A program made the position numbers and the translations under genes. A stretch of DNA of 64,000 bases, taken from positions 167,226 to 231,225 of the forward strand of contig CAZUKY010000001.1 of NCBI GenBank assembly GCA_964621085.1. The letters run 5' to 3'. This DNA is from an uncultured Gammaproteobacteria bacterium. Lineage in GTDB: Bacteria; Patescibacteriota; Patescibacteriia; JACQRZ01. Of the stretch, positions 25,824-35,975 are shown in pieces (within the stretch, counting starts at the first letter, position 1; each line of letters starts with the position of its first letter). The notes beneath the pieces are model-generated. The model ran no database searches and was not told the DNA's origin. It worked only from the letters and a program-made list of their open reading frames with translations.

Positions 25824-28076
25824 TTGCTGGTTACTTAGCCGCTCAAAATATACGCCAGCAAAAATGAGGTATGCAATGCCAAGGGGATGATTGAGGTAGG
25901 GCGTGAACATATGAATGGCGGCCAATACGCCAATACCGATCAGAATTCCCTGTGCGACTGGATCATTAGCGGTTCGAGCACTGCGGTACCCACTGCGCAC
26001 AAGCGCATACGCAAAGAAAAGATACGCGGCAAGCCCGACAAATCCCGTCTTCACGAGAAAATCCAAATACCCCCATTCGAATGCGTACGTCGTAAACGAA
26101 CCGCTCGCATTGCCTTCGCGAACCCGCGGATCGAATGAGGTGTACGTAACCGTCTTCCCGAAACCATGCCCCAAGACCGGCTGCTCGGCAATCGTATCCC
26201 GAAGTACAGGAAGCAGGCTCCAGCGACTCGCGGCCGCGGCTTCGGTCTGAGTGTCTTCGAGCCGTTTCGTAAACGCGTCAAGTCCGATGCCGCCCGTTGT
26301 TGCGGGCAACGGGAAGTACGAGATCGTCGCAATCGCGGCGAGTGCAATCGCGAGTGCAGAGAGATATACCGTTACCATGCGGACAATCGTCTTGATCTGT
26401 CGCGCGAACACATACCAGATCAGGATGCCGACACCGCCCGCCGCTGCCGCAAGCCAGAAGCTCCGGGAAAAACTCATCAGGAAAAGCCCTGTCGCGCCCG
26501 CAAAAAGGAAGAGATGGCGCGCATGGCGCCGAAACAGAGCGCCGATCGTGCCTGTCCGGAGGACATACGCAATCGCCGGCACAGCGATAAAGAGGAAGAG
26601 TACGGGATACAGATTGCTTTGAAAAAAAACGCGGACACCCCAATCAAACTGCGTCACTTCCCCGATCCCCGTATCGCGAATCCACCGATAAAAAGGATAT
26701 AATATTTCATGACCGAAACTCCGATGCGACATCATGTAGAGTATTGCCGCTGCTTTCGTGATTTGTGCAGCAAGCGCCCCTGCCGCAACAGAGAAAAAAC
26801 GCCGGAAGTCTTCGCGTGAAACGAGAGCGTCATAAAGAGGAAACGCCGTAAGAAAAAACAGCCATCCGTTCGCATCGGCGTATATCAGTGCCGCGCTCTG
26901 TCCGGACGACAGGCCCCGCACGACACCCCAGGCGACGGCGATTGCCAGGAGCACATATGCGCCCACAAGCGGTGAGCGCACGAGCGCAGGCATAGATTTG
27001 CTGCGGACTAGGTGCACGAACCAACAGGCAAACAGAGCCGCGAAAAGCCCCATCCGCAGCGAAAGATCAAAGTCGCCGATCGGAAGAGAGAGGAGGTGCC
27101 CCTTCGACCCGATGACGAGCTCGACCGCCAGAAAAGCCGCAGGATAAAAAAACGAACGCATGCCAAGCGCAAGCGACGCTCCGACAACCGCAACAAAAGC
27201 CGCCTGCCCGACAATCGGAAAGAAATATCCTACCAGAGATAATACCTCAACGACACCCACTGCACCCAAAGTCACCCAAAACCACGGCCGTGCAAGGATA
27301 CGCGAGTACCATCCCATGAGTGCTGCAGGGAGCGCGGCACGCAAACGCCAGTGCTTCCAAAGATACTGCGAAAAGCTGCGGTAAAAAATTTTTTGTTTTT
27401 CAGAGGTCGGTTTTTGACGAAAGCTCTCCCCTCGGTGATGAAAAATGCGCGCTTCGGGCACATACCAAATTTCATATCCCGTATCGCGAATCCGTTTACA
27501 AAGATCCACTTCGTCAAACCAGAGGAAAAACCGTTCATCAAATGCGCCGACGCGGGTCAGCACCGTGCGCGGGACCAGCATACAGGCGCCCTGCGGCTGC
27601 TCGATTGTGCGCGCCTCGGCATACGCCTCATCGTGCCATCGCACGAGCCGGAAAAAGAGCAGTAGCGAAAATAGCGGTCCAGGAAACTTCCGCACGGACG
27701 GCTGCACCGATCCATCGTCATTGAGCAGTTGCGGCGCAACGCATCCTGCCTGAGGACGCTCAGCGGCAAACGCCAAGAGCTTGTGCAACGCGCCTTCTTG
27801 TATGCGTGTGTCCGGATTCAAAAAAAGAACATACTCGCCTTTTGCGGCTGCGGCACCCTGATTGCACGCAGCGGCAAACCCCCGGTTCTCTTCATTGCGA
27901 ATCAGTCGTGCGAATGGGTACGTTGCCGCAATCATGTCCGCGCTTCCGTCCCCCGAGGCGTTGTCAACAACGATTATTTCATGTTCAATATCCGAAGCAT
28001 ACAAAAAAAGGGAGTCCAGGCACTTGCGAACGAGCTCGCGCACGTTCCAATTCACGATCACGACAGAAAGTTTCAT
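25797..28076 (-). CDS. Fusion protein: N-terminal GT-A fold family-2 glycosyltransferase plus multi-TM O-antigen-ligase/Wzy-like polymerase domain
   Basis: KLSVVIVNWN...VVDNASGDGS...EENRGFAAACNQG GT2 motifs. Followed by >=10 predicted TM helices with a Wzy_C-like periplasmic loop. Convergent 27-nt overlap with fmt. Confidence 0.7.
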   Translation of the reverse strand: MKLSVVIVNWNVRELVRKCLDSLFLYASDIEHEIIVVDNASGDGSADMIAATYPFARLIRNEENRGFAAACNQGAAAAKGEYVLFLNPDTRIQEGALHKLLAFAAERPQAGCVAPQLLNDDGSVQPSVRKFPGPLFSLLLFFRLVRWHDEAYAEARTIEQPQGACMLVPRTVLTRVGAFDERFFLWFDEVDLCKRIRDTGYEIWYVPEARIFHHRGESFRQKPTSEKQKIFYRSFSQYLWKHWRLRAALPAALMGWYSRILARPWFWVTLGAVGVVEVLSLVGYFFPIVGQAAFVAVVGASLALGMRSFFYPAAFLAVELVIGSKGHLLSLPIGDFDLSLRMGLFAALFACWFVHLVRSKSMPALVRSPLVGAYVLLAIAVAWGVVRGLSSGQSAALIYADANGWLFFLTAFPLYDALVSREDFRRFFSVAAGALAAQITKAAAILYMMSHRSFGHEILYPFYRWIRDTGIGEVTQFDWGVRVFFQSNLYPVLFLFIAVPAIAYVLRTGTIGALFRRHARHLFLFAGATGLFLMSFSRSFWLAAAAGGVGILIWYVFARQIKTIVRMVTVYLSALAIALAAIATISYFPLPATTGGIGLDAFTKRLEDTQTEAAAASRWSLLPVLRDTIAEQPVLGHGFGKTVTYTSFDPRVREGNASGSFTTYAFEWGYLDFLVKTGFVGLAAYLFFAYALVRSGYRSARTANDPVAQGILIGIGVLAAIHMFTPYLNHPLGIAYLIFAGVYFERLSNQQLVQIPASE

Positions 28077-28100
28077 ATATCCGAATGTATAGGTTGCGCT

Positions 28101-28775
28101 GTGAAAAGTCAATCAATCATACCTCAACTTGGCGAAGGAATACACCTCATCAATAAGCCCGCGGGAATCACCTCGCACGATGTTGTCGCGCGCATCCGAA
28201 AAATCAGCGGCATTAGGCGCGTGGGCCATGCCGGCACTCTGGATCCTTTTGCCGAAGGGCTGCTTATCATTCTTGTCGGTCGCGAGCAGACCAAACGGCA
28301 AGCGGAATTTTTAGGAATGGACAAAACCTACGAGGCAATGATTCGGTTCGGCGCGACAAGCGACACGGAGGATAGAACAGGCATAATAGCACCCGTTTCA
28401 GTAGCTCAGCCGATTGAACTATTGAAACTCAAAGAAACGCTCGCCTCATTCGTCGGTGAGTACGATCAGATGCCGCCTGTCTACAGCGCAAAGAAGATCA
28501 AAGGGAAAAAGGCGTATGAGATTGCGCGAAAGGGCGGGGTACCGGAACTCGCACCCAAACGGATCGCAATCCACTCGCTGGAGCTTCTCGCGTACGAGTG
28601 GCCGCGTGCCAAAATCCGGTGCACGGTCTCTTCCGGCACCTATATCCGCTCACTCGCCCGCGACATTGGAAAAACGCTCGGCTGCGGCGCGTATCTTGAG
28701 GAACTGAAACGCACTGCGATCGGCCCCTACTTGCTAGAGCATGCAAGCGACCTCCCAGACGTGAAGCACAAGTGA
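28101..28775 (+). CDS. truB: tRNA pseudouridine(55) synthase TruB (GTG start; the ATG-opened ORF at 27729 overlaps the opposite gene)
   Basis: Catalytic region INKPAGITSHDVV...GHAGTLDPFAEGLL and a PUA-like C-terminus. Confidence 0.85.
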   Translation: MKSQSIIPQLGEGIHLINKPAGITSHDVVARIRKISGIRRVGHAGTLDPFAEGLLIILVGREQTKRQAEFLGMDKTYEAMIRFGATSDTEDRTGIIAPVSVAQPIELLKLKETLASFVGEYDQMPPVYSAKKIKGKKAYEIARKGGVPELAPKRIAIHSLELLAYEWPRAKIRCTVSSGTYIRSLARDIGKTLGCGAYLEELKRTAIGPYLLEHASDLPDVKHK

Positions 28776-28776
28776 A

Positions 28777-29472
28777 TTAGAGATGGTGCTTTTGCCTGAT
28801 CGCCGAGAGTCCCGTTTCGTATTTTTCAATAGCCTCCACTCTCATCCCAAACCGCTGCCACGGTATTTTATAGGCGATCCGTGGAAGCCAGGAACTTAAT
28901 CCCCCCTTCCGCTGACCGAGAGAAAAAAGAATCTCGGGAATATGATATCCGCGATGCCCCTGCTCGGTAAGCGTCAGCCAGATATCCCAGTCCTGAAATT
29001 TTTTCAGCGACTCATCAAAAGGCGGGTAGAGTTCGCGGCGTACAAGCGTGGCCATATTGATGTAGTTCATCTTTCTGAGACGCGACGGATCGAACGGAAA
29101 ACTTGGAAACGCCTTCCACCCCCAGCGAAATCCTGAATACACGAATGCGATATCAGGATTCTTATCCAATACCGCCGCCATCTTCTCGAGCATGTTGTGC
29201 GCCATGACAATATCGGCGTCGCAAACAATCACGTACGCGCCGCGAGCATGCGAGAGGCCGATATTTCGCGCAATCTGCCGACCCCTGTTCTGTTCGAGTT
29301 TAATATAGGTAATTCGATCGCGGAACGGCTCGATTCGCTCTGCCGTGGTGTCTGTCGAACCGTCGTCGACTACAATCACTTCGATATCGCAATAGCTCTG
29401 GGCAAGGATATTTTCCAGCGTCTTGGGAAGTTCCCCTGCCTGGTTATACGATGGAATAATGACCGTGATCAT
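28777..29472 (-). CDS. Family 2 glycosyltransferase
   Basis: ITVIIPSYNQ...VVDDGSTDTT...CDADIV (DxD) motifs. Confidence 0.8.
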   Translation of the reverse strand: MITVIIPSYNQAGELPKTLENILAQSYCDIEVIVVDDGSTDTTAERIEPFRDRITYIKLEQNRGRQIARNIGLSHARGAYVIVCDADIVMAHNMLEKMAAVLDKNPDIAFVYSGFRWGWKAFPSFPFDPSRLRKMNYINMATLVRRELYPPFDESLKKFQDWDIWLTLTEQGHRGYHIPEILFSLGQRKGGLSSWLPRIAYKIPWQRFGMRVEAIEKYETGLSAIRQKHHL

Positions 29473-30485
29473 AAGACTTTTTGAATTTTTTTCGCTTGAA
29501 CATGCCAGCGAAACTCTTTTTCAACACGCTCCTTTCCTTGCCATCCAAGACGCGAGCGAAGTTCTTTATCTTTAAACAACCGCATAATCGCATCAGCGAC
29601 TTGTTCAGCACTATCTTCATCGACAAGCAAGCCCACTGCGCCATCTATAACCGCTTCAGGAACACCGCCCGATCGCGTACCGACAACCGGCTTTCCGAAC
29701 GCATTGGCCTCCAGATAGACGATCCCGAATCCTTCGACATCCCCGCCAATGGCGCGCGGCGTCATGACAAATACCGATGCCCGCCCATACCATTCCGCGG
29801 TTTCGTCGTCATTCAACAGTCCCAGGAATGAGACGCTATCCGAAACTCCCAACTCCGCTGCAAGACTCTCCAATGCGTATCGGTGCGGGCCGTCCCCAAT
29901 CACGACATACCGTATGCTTGAAAATTCCGATTTCAATAGGGCAACTGCCCGTATCACGTCATCGATTCCCTTTCGCTCAACAACTCGCGTCACCGTGAGA
30001 AGCGTATATTCTTCTTCGACTGCAGCAGTTCCGCGCGGCGTAATGCCAGGGCAAGGATATACGATAACCGTTTTCGCTGTGAAGTCGCCGTATGGCGAAA
30101 GCTGCGATGCCGTGTATCGGCTATTAACGATGACTGTGTGCGCGTCTGCCAATATCTTTGCGCACAGCCATCGTTTTCGCGCGTGATGCAGCGGAAGCGC
30201 GATGTCCATTCCGTGCAGAGATACCGAATACGGAATGCCGATCAGTTTCGAGATGAGCCACACGACCGTTCCGACTGGAAGAATCTGCCCCACAATGATA
30301 TGCTCGATGTTCTCGCGCCTGAGAGTGATGGGAATTCTCCAAAACAATCCGAACCAATTCCGAGAAAAATGCGTCATCACTCGCCAGGATTCGGGCGGCA
30401 TGCACTCGCCAAGATGTTTCCAATACCGAGGGATGCCGCCGGTGTTCGGAATATAATCCATCGTGACCAGCAAAGCTTTTTTCAT
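29469..30485 (-). CDS. Family 4 (GT-B) glycosyltransferase
   Basis: C-terminal EGFGIVYLEANAFGKPVVGTRSGGVPE signature. Confidence 0.8.
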   Translation of the reverse strand: MKKALLVTMDYIPNTGGIPRYWKHLGECMPPESWRVMTHFSRNWFGLFWRIPITLRRENIEHIIVGQILPVGTVVWLISKLIGIPYSVSLHGMDIALPLHHARKRWLCAKILADAHTVIVNSRYTASQLSPYGDFTAKTVIVYPCPGITPRGTAAVEEEYTLLTVTRVVERKGIDDVIRAVALLKSEFSSIRYVVIGDGPHRYALESLAAELGVSDSVSFLGLLNDDETAEWYGRASVFVMTPRAIGGDVEGFGIVYLEANAFGKPVVGTRSGGVPEAVIDGAVGLLVDEDSAEQVADAIMRLFKDKELRSRLGWQGKERVEKEFRWHVQAKKIQKVL

Positions 30486-30491
30486 ACATGC

Positions 30492-31961
30492 TCACGGCTC
30501 CTTCTTATCCCTCTCAACACTCGTGTGCGGTTTTTTGATGCGCTCCATCAAGCCAGAAAGTTCACTCAGCGTTACGACGCCGGTGACAAAAAGCATGCAC
30601 GCATACGCCCCGACCCCGACAAATATATTCCAAACCAGCCAGGGAGTGTGAAGCACATCAAGAGCAACAGACATTCCCAGTGTAGAAAACCCAATACGGA
30701 ACGTCGCGCCAGCAAATTCCCGCACCTGGGCTTTCCAATACGTGTATGTTGCGATCATGCTTAAAAGAAATATTGCCGTATATGTTGCCGATGCCGCAAT
30801 AGCTGCCCCCTGCTCTGCGTACCAAGGAATGAGTGCAAGATTCAGTACGACATTGATCGCTGCCGCGATACCAAAAATAACCGTATTTTTTTTCTGATTG
30901 CCGCTTGCTGCCAGCAGCGCGCCTGGCGGATATGAAAGAAAGCCGAAAACGATCGCGGGAAGGAGAAGTCGGAGCACGAATCCCGTCGGCGCATAGGCCG
31001 CACCGTAAAATGCCGCTACGATATCGTCGGCCAGAATTGCAGTGCCTGCCGCAACCGGGGCGACGGCGAGCAGCAGATAGCGGAGCGCTCGGACGAATGT
31101 CGGTCCGAGGCGCGACGGATCACGAGCGATCAGGGAACTGAGCGCAGGATACAAGCTTGAGGAAATTGCCGCCGGTATGATATTTAAGGCAAGAATGAGC
31201 TTGTTTCCGGCCGAATACAGGCCGGCTGCCTCCGGGCTTGCAAGGCGCGCGACAAGTGCCGTGTCAATGAATGTGTAGATCCGGGAAAAGAGAGCAGCCC
31301 CTGCGAAGGGCATCGAGATTGCGAACAGGTGTCGGATGCACGCACTATCCGGCCGCGCAAGAATCGGGACGCGCATCCGCCGAAAAAGCACAAAAAGGAC
31401 GAGAAGAAAATTCGAGAAGCTGCCTAAAAATACCGCGCCGATAAGCGCATGGATGGGGAGATCGAATGCGATAGCTGAAATTCCGGTTGTCATCATGACG
31501 CCAATCGCAAGGATCCCGCCCCAGGACTCATACCACAAATTCTGAAAACCGCGCACAATACCCCAACACGATGTCGAGATGACGTCGATGAATGTCGCCG
31601 CTCCCGCCAATGCGATCAGCTGGATCATGACTGGCGGGTACTGCAACGCGACCGCACTGCCGACGATAAGGCCGTAGACAATAACGCCGAGACCGGTCTT
31701 CATGAGTAGGACCTGGCTCGCATTTTTGCGCGCCGTCTGGGTATCGCGCGCCGTCTCGCGCGTGAGAGCAGCCGAGAGGCCGTGATCGATCAGTATGCCG
31801 AACAGCGCCGTGAACGCGAGCGCAGCGCTATAGCTTCCCTGATCTTCGGGTCCGAATGTCCGCGCGACAATAATAAAATATGCGAGCGTCATCAACTTCT
31901 GGATGACGCCCGACCCAAGCGCAAAAAAGGAATTCCGGGTTATCGACTGCTTTTCGAGCAT
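30492..31961 (-). CDS. Polysaccharide flippase, MOP/Wzx superfamily
   Basis: 489 aa, ~12-14 TM helices, N-terminal signature typical of oligosaccharide-flippase family proteins. Confidence 0.75.
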   Translation of the reverse strand: MLEKQSITRNSFFALGSGVIQKLMTLAYFIIVARTFGPEDQGSYSAALAFTALFGILIDHGLSAALTRETARDTQTARKNASQVLLMKTGLGVIVYGLIVGSAVALQYPPVMIQLIALAGAATFIDVISTSCWGIVRGFQNLWYESWGGILAIGVMMTTGISAIAFDLPIHALIGAVFLGSFSNFLLVLFVLFRRMRVPILARPDSACIRHLFAISMPFAGAALFSRIYTFIDTALVARLASPEAAGLYSAGNKLILALNIIPAAISSSLYPALSSLIARDPSRLGPTFVRALRYLLLAVAPVAAGTAILADDIVAAFYGAAYAPTGFVLRLLLPAIVFGFLSYPPGALLAASGNQKKNTVIFGIAAAINVVLNLALIPWYAEQGAAIAASATYTAIFLLSMIATYTYWKAQVREFAGATFRIGFSTLGMSVALDVLHTPWLVWNIFVGVGAYACMLFVTGVVTLSELSGLMERIKKPHTSVERDKKEP

Positions 31962-32088
31962 AGAATCTCCTTTAGAATATCTCGGAAGCGCACAGGGGTC
32001 AATTCAAAAGAAAGAACCCGCGCAACGCCATCGCGAAGCGCGGGCCGACAAGAAAAAGCGATGGAACGGCCACCCGTCGGAAAAGTCG

Positions 32089-32487
32089 CTACGCTCGGGT
32101 GACCCTTCCGTCATAAATCTCCTTTGCCAGGCGCGCCTTCTGGTTCGATGTCCACGCGCCCTGTGTCTGCAGGAGCTCCAACAGCTCCGCGGTCATCGCG
32201 AAGTTGTCGCCGTGCTGCTCGAGAAGCCCGGCCTCTGCGAGACTTGCCATGCCGCGAACGATGTACGTGCCCCATCCCTCGAGCCGTCCTCCGCTCATCC
32301 GATACCAATTGATGACATCTTCTCTCGTGGGTGACACCCACCCTCCCTTGGCCTGGCAGTAAATCACATACCAGTATGCCGCGAACTCGCACTCGGTATC
32401 CCCAAGACGATCACCGAACCCGCCGCGGCCACAGAGGAGTTCTCCTGGTGTAAGCGGGAGGGTATCACCGATCTGATTGTCGCTCAT
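32089..32487 (-). CDS. Hypothetical protein
   Basis: ORF in operon position between the ribosomal genes and the flippase. No family recognised. Confidence 0.4.
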   Translation of the reverse strand: MSDNQIGDTLPLTPGELLCGRGGFGDRLGDTECEFAAYWYVIYCQAKGGWVSPTREDVINWYRMSGGRLEGWGTYIVRGMASLAEAGLLEQHGDNFAMTAELLELLQTQGAWTSNQKARLAKEIYDGRVTRA

Positions 32488-32623
32488 CGAAAAATCTCCT
32501 TTTGCGCATGGTTCTTTGAGGGATGCGGCATATGCTACGTATTTTCTGATCGAATGTCAAGAAAAGGGTTACGGGAAAATTAAAAGAAGCCTCTCAAGGA
32601 GGCTTCTTTCACAATGAAGATTT

Positions 32624-33106
32624 TTACCGCTTGGAAAACTGCGGGGCTCTGCGGGCGCGCTTAAGACCCGGCTTCTTGCGCTCTTTGACGCGCGGGTCGC
32701 GAGTCATGAGACCCTCGGAGCGGAGCGTTTTTTTGAGTTCGACATTCCACGAAACAAGTGCGCGGGCAATGCCGTGGCGGACTGCCTCGGACTGGCCGTT
32801 AACACCGCCGCCCTGCACCTTGATGCTGAAATCAAACGCGGCGCGGTTGTCTGTCAAGACAAGCGGAAGCTCGACATTACGCTGCAAAATAAACGTCGGG
32901 AAGTACGTCTTGAAATCCTTCTCGTTGACGACGATATCGCCGCTGCCCGGCATCATGCGAACACGGGCAATCGCCGACTTACGGCGCCCGACGGCGCGAT
33001 AAATGGGTCCTTCCACAACCTCTTTCTTGGCAGCCTTTGCCGGAGCGGCGGAAGCCGTCTTGCGAGGTGCGCGCGGAGTGGCTGTTGCTGTCTTTTTTTC
33101 TGCCAT
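32624..33106 (-). CDS. rpsI: 30S ribosomal protein S9 (with ~35-aa basic N-terminal extension)
   Basis: GRRKSAIARV...C-terminal RRAPQFSKR. Confidence 0.9.
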   Translation of the reverse strand: MAEKKTATATPRAPRKTASAAPAKAAKKEVVEGPIYRAVGRRKSAIARVRMMPGSGDIVVNEKDFKTYFPTFILQRNVELPLVLTDNRAAFDFSIKVQGGGVNGQSEAVRHGIARALVSWNVELKKTLRSEGLMTRDPRVKERKKPGLKRARRAPQFSKR

Positions 33107-33107
33107 A

Positions 33108-33479
33108 TTACTTATTGATAGTGAGCCGCTTCATCATCGCAGGACGAAGACGGATTGGCGGAAGCATCTGATAGACCGCCTTGCGGAGTGCCTCTTCAGG
33201 CTTTTTTTCCAAAATTTCACTGAGCTTAGTCGTCTTCAGTCCGCCCGGATAGCCCGAATACCGATGATACACCTTCTGGTTCGCCTTCTGACCAGTCAGC
33301 TTGACCGCCGTAATATTGGAAACGACGACCGCATCACCCTCATCAAGATGGGGCTGGAACGTCGGCTTGTGTTTGCCGCGTAAGAGTGTTGCAATACGTG
33401 TCGCGAGTCGCCCGAGCGGGATTCCGGTCGCATCGATCTCGTGCGTTGTGCGGCTTACTTTTATTTTTCTCGACTTCAT
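33108..33479 (-). CDS. rplM: 50S ribosomal protein L13
   Basis: Collinear with L13 (GRLATRIATLLRGKHKP...). Confidence 0.9.
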   Translation of the reverse strand: MKSRKIKVSRTTHEIDATGIPLGRLATRIATLLRGKHKPTFQPHLDEGDAVVVSNITAVKLTGQKANQKVYHRYSGYPGGLKTTKLSEILEKKPEEALRKAVYQMLPPIRLRPAMMKRLTINK

Positions 33480-33508
33480 ATGCCAAAAAACTGCAATCGA
33501 AATTGGTA

Positions 33509-33859
33509 TTAAACGAATTCAATGCGCGCCATGCGTGCGGCATCCCCCTGCCGCTGCGGCAGCTTGACGATGCGCGTATAGCCGCCGGGCCGTTCCTTGT
33601 AGCGCGGACCGAGCTCTTCCAAGACTTTTTTGACCGCGTTTTCCGTCGGCAGAACCGCGAGAAGCTGGCGTCGAGACGAAAGTGTTGTGACGCGGCCCTT
33701 GCTGATCAGCGGCTCGACAAAAGACCGGAGCGCTTTTGCTTTTGCCTCGGTCGTCTGTATTTTTTCGTATACGATAAGCTGGGCGGCCAGGTTCTTCAGA
33801 AGCGCCCGGCGCGGTCCGGTTTTTCGGTCTAACGTCACTTTGTTTTTCCGATGTCTCAT
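33509..33859 (-). CDS. rplQ: 50S ribosomal protein L17
   Basis: MRHRKNKVTLDRKTGPRRALL... L17 signature. Confidence 0.9.
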   Translation of the reverse strand: MRHRKNKVTLDRKTGPRRALLKNLAAQLIVYEKIQTTEAKAKALRSFVEPLISKGRVTTLSSRRQLLAVLPTENAVKKVLEELGPRYKERPGGYTRIVKLPQRQGDAARMARIEFV

Positions 33860-33895
33860 ATCTCTCGCTTTAAAGCTGTGAACTTCAATCTCTCT

Positions 33896-34750
33896 CTAGC
33901 TTCCTTTCTTCGGACGGCCGCGCTTCTTTGGCGCTGATTCCTCGCCGCCTTCTTCGGCCTCTCCCTCTTCCTCGTCCTGAGCTGCTGCCTGGTCTTCGGT
34001 TTCTGCCTCGACGGCCGTCTCGAGCGGAGCCTCTTCTTCCTCGGCCTGCGTAGCCTCGGCGGAAACGCCGCCGAGAAGGGCAGCAAAGTGATCGACAAGA
34101 ATCTTGCTCGCTTCGCGCGCCGCTTCCTCTCCAGTCACACTGCCGTCCGTCTCGATGGTGAGCACGACTTTATTGTAGTTCGTCATCTGTCCGACGCGGA
34201 CATTTTGAATATCAAGCCCGACCATTTTGACAGGCGTAAAAATCGCATCGACGGCAATGGTCCCGATCTCAAGCTTTTCTTTCTCGCGCGCTTCCGTCGG
34301 CCAATACCCCCTGCCGCGCTTGACGAAGAGCTCCATTTCCAGTTGCGCATTCTTGTTTGTCAGCGTACAGATGTGCGCATCGGGTGTTGCAATCTCAACC
34401 TCGCTCGTACCCTCAATATCGGCACCTGTGACGTTCTTTTCCCCTTTCACCTGAAGCGTCACACGGACCGTCTCGTCTGAATGGACGCGAAAACGAACCT
34501 TCTTCAGATTCAAAATGATGTCAACAACATCCTCTTGTACGTACGGAATCGTTGAAAACTCATGAGCAACACCCTTGATCTTGACCGCAACGACCGCACC
34601 GCCCGGCAACGATGACAGCAGCACGCGACGCAGCGCATTGCCGATCGTCAGCCCATAGCCAGGATACAGCGGCTCGATGGTCATGACCGTCTGATTCGGC
34701 TTTTGCCCGGCCGCGTATTCGATCTTTGTGGGAAGGGAAACGTTTTCCAT
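33896..34750 (-). CDS. rpoA: DNA-directed RNA polymerase subunit alpha, lacking a canonical alpha-CTD
   Basis: The N-terminal domain (dimerisation and beta/beta' contacts) is collinear with RpoA for ~230 aa. The protein then ends in an acidic low-complexity tail plus KKRGRPKKG. Confidence 0.9.
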   Translation of the reverse strand: MENVSLPTKIEYAAGQKPNQTVMTIEPLYPGYGLTIGNALRRVLLSSLPGGAVVAVKIKGVAHEFSTIPYVQEDVVDIILNLKKVRFRVHSDETVRVTLQVKGEKNVTGADIEGTSEVEIATPDAHICTLTNKNAQLEMELFVKRGRGYWPTEAREKEKLEIGTIAVDAIFTPVKMVGLDIQNVRVGQMTNYNKVVLTIETDGSVTGEEAAREASKILVDHFAALLGGVSAEATQAEEEEAPLETAVEAETEDQAAAQDEEEGEAEEGGEESAPKKRGRPKKGS

Positions 34751-34782
34751 AATGGATGTTTAATTGCGAGGTGTATGAGCCG

Positions 34783-35415
34783 TTAGCGTGAGTAGAATTC
34801 GACAATCAACTTCATGTCGAAGAGCGGACGGTTATCGACCAAGTTCGGCTGACCGACCACCTTTGCCTGAAAGCTCTTTTTGTCCGTATGCAGCCACCCT
34901 GGAATATCCCGTTTTTCAAGACCAGCAAGGACGTCCTGATAGAGTTTTGACTTCTCCAAGCGCGGGTTCAGAGTGATCGTCTGTCCTGTTTTTACATGAT
35001 AGGACGGGATCGTGACTTTCTTGCCGTCGACAAGGATGTGGCCATAGCTGACCGCTTGGCGTGCGCGGCGATGCGAGCCGCCGGTCCATCCGAGCTGCGC
35101 AACGACATTATCGAGACGGCTCTCCAAAAACTGGAACAGGATCTCTCCGGTGTCACCGATTTTCCGCGCAGAAGCGGCAAATGAATTCCCCAATTGCTTT
35201 TCCGAAAGGCCATAGTAAAAACGGCACTTCTGCTTCTCGCGAAGCTGGATACCATAGGTGGTGAGCCGGGGCTTGCCTTTTTTCGCACCATGCACGCCCG
35301 GCGGATAGTTGCGGCGGACAATCGCGCATTTCGGCGTGTGGCACCGATCACCCTTGAGATAAAGTTTTACCCCGGCGCGGCGGCAGAGACGACATTGATC
35401 AATCACTTTTGACAT
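34783..35415 (-). CDS. rpsD: 30S ribosomal protein S4
   Basis: Zn-ribbon-like CRLCRR...C...C N-terminus and an S4 RNA-binding domain. Confidence 0.9.
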   Translation of the reverse strand: MSKVIDQCRLCRRAGVKLYLKGDRCHTPKCAIVRRNYPPGVHGAKKGKPRLTTYGIQLREKQKCRFYYGLSEKQLGNSFAASARKIGDTGEILFQFLESRLDNVVAQLGWTGGSHRRARQAVSYGHILVDGKKVTIPSYHVKTGQTITLNPRLEKSKLYQDVLAGLEKRDIPGWLHTDKKSFQAKVVGQPNLVDNRPLFDMKLIVEFYSR

Positions 35416-35453
35416 ACTCGGAAATCACCTTTGTGTGGATCTCGAAATTATTC

Positions 35454-35933
35454 TTAAACACGGCGGACCTTTCGCTGCCGGCATCCGTTATGCGGAATCG
35501 GCGTCACGTCCTTGAGCGAAACAACGTTCAAGCCTTGCGCGTTCAGTGCGCGGATGGCGCCCTCGCGCCCGGATCCGACGCCGCGAACAAATACCGCAAC
35601 ATCGGTCATACCGTACGCTTTGAGCTTATCAGCGGCATTCTTGACGATAATCGAAGCTGCATATGGCGTTGACTTCTTCGGTCCGCGGAATCCACTTGCG
35701 CCGGCGGATGAGAACGTAAGGACATTGCCGTTCGGATCCGTAAAGCTGACGATCGTATTGTTGTATGTCGCCTTGATGTGGCAGTGGCCGAAAGAGATCT
35801 GGCGGACAGCCTTTTTCTTTCCCTTTTTCTTACCCGCTGTCGTGGCCGGCTTTGTCACACTCGCTTCCGGAGCGGCCATATCAAGCTGCTCTGTTACCGG
35901 CAGCTCTTCCGATTGTTTCAACTCGTCTGGCAT
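35454..35933 (-). CDS. rpsK: 30S ribosomal protein S11 (with N-terminal extension)
   Basis: HIKATYNNTIVSFTD...GSGREGAIRAL. Confidence 0.9.
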   Translation of the reverse strand: MPDELKQSEELPVTEQLDMAAPEASVTKPATTAGKKKGKKKAVRQISFGHCHIKATYNNTIVSFTDPNGNVLTFSSAGASGFRGPKKSTPYAASIIVKNAADKLKAYGMTDVAVFVRGVGSGREGAIRALNAQGLNVVSLKDVTPIPHNGCRQRKVRRV

Positions 35934-35975
35934 GTGTTTGCGAATAGCTTCTCGCTGTGTTAAGGGAAAGTGGAA

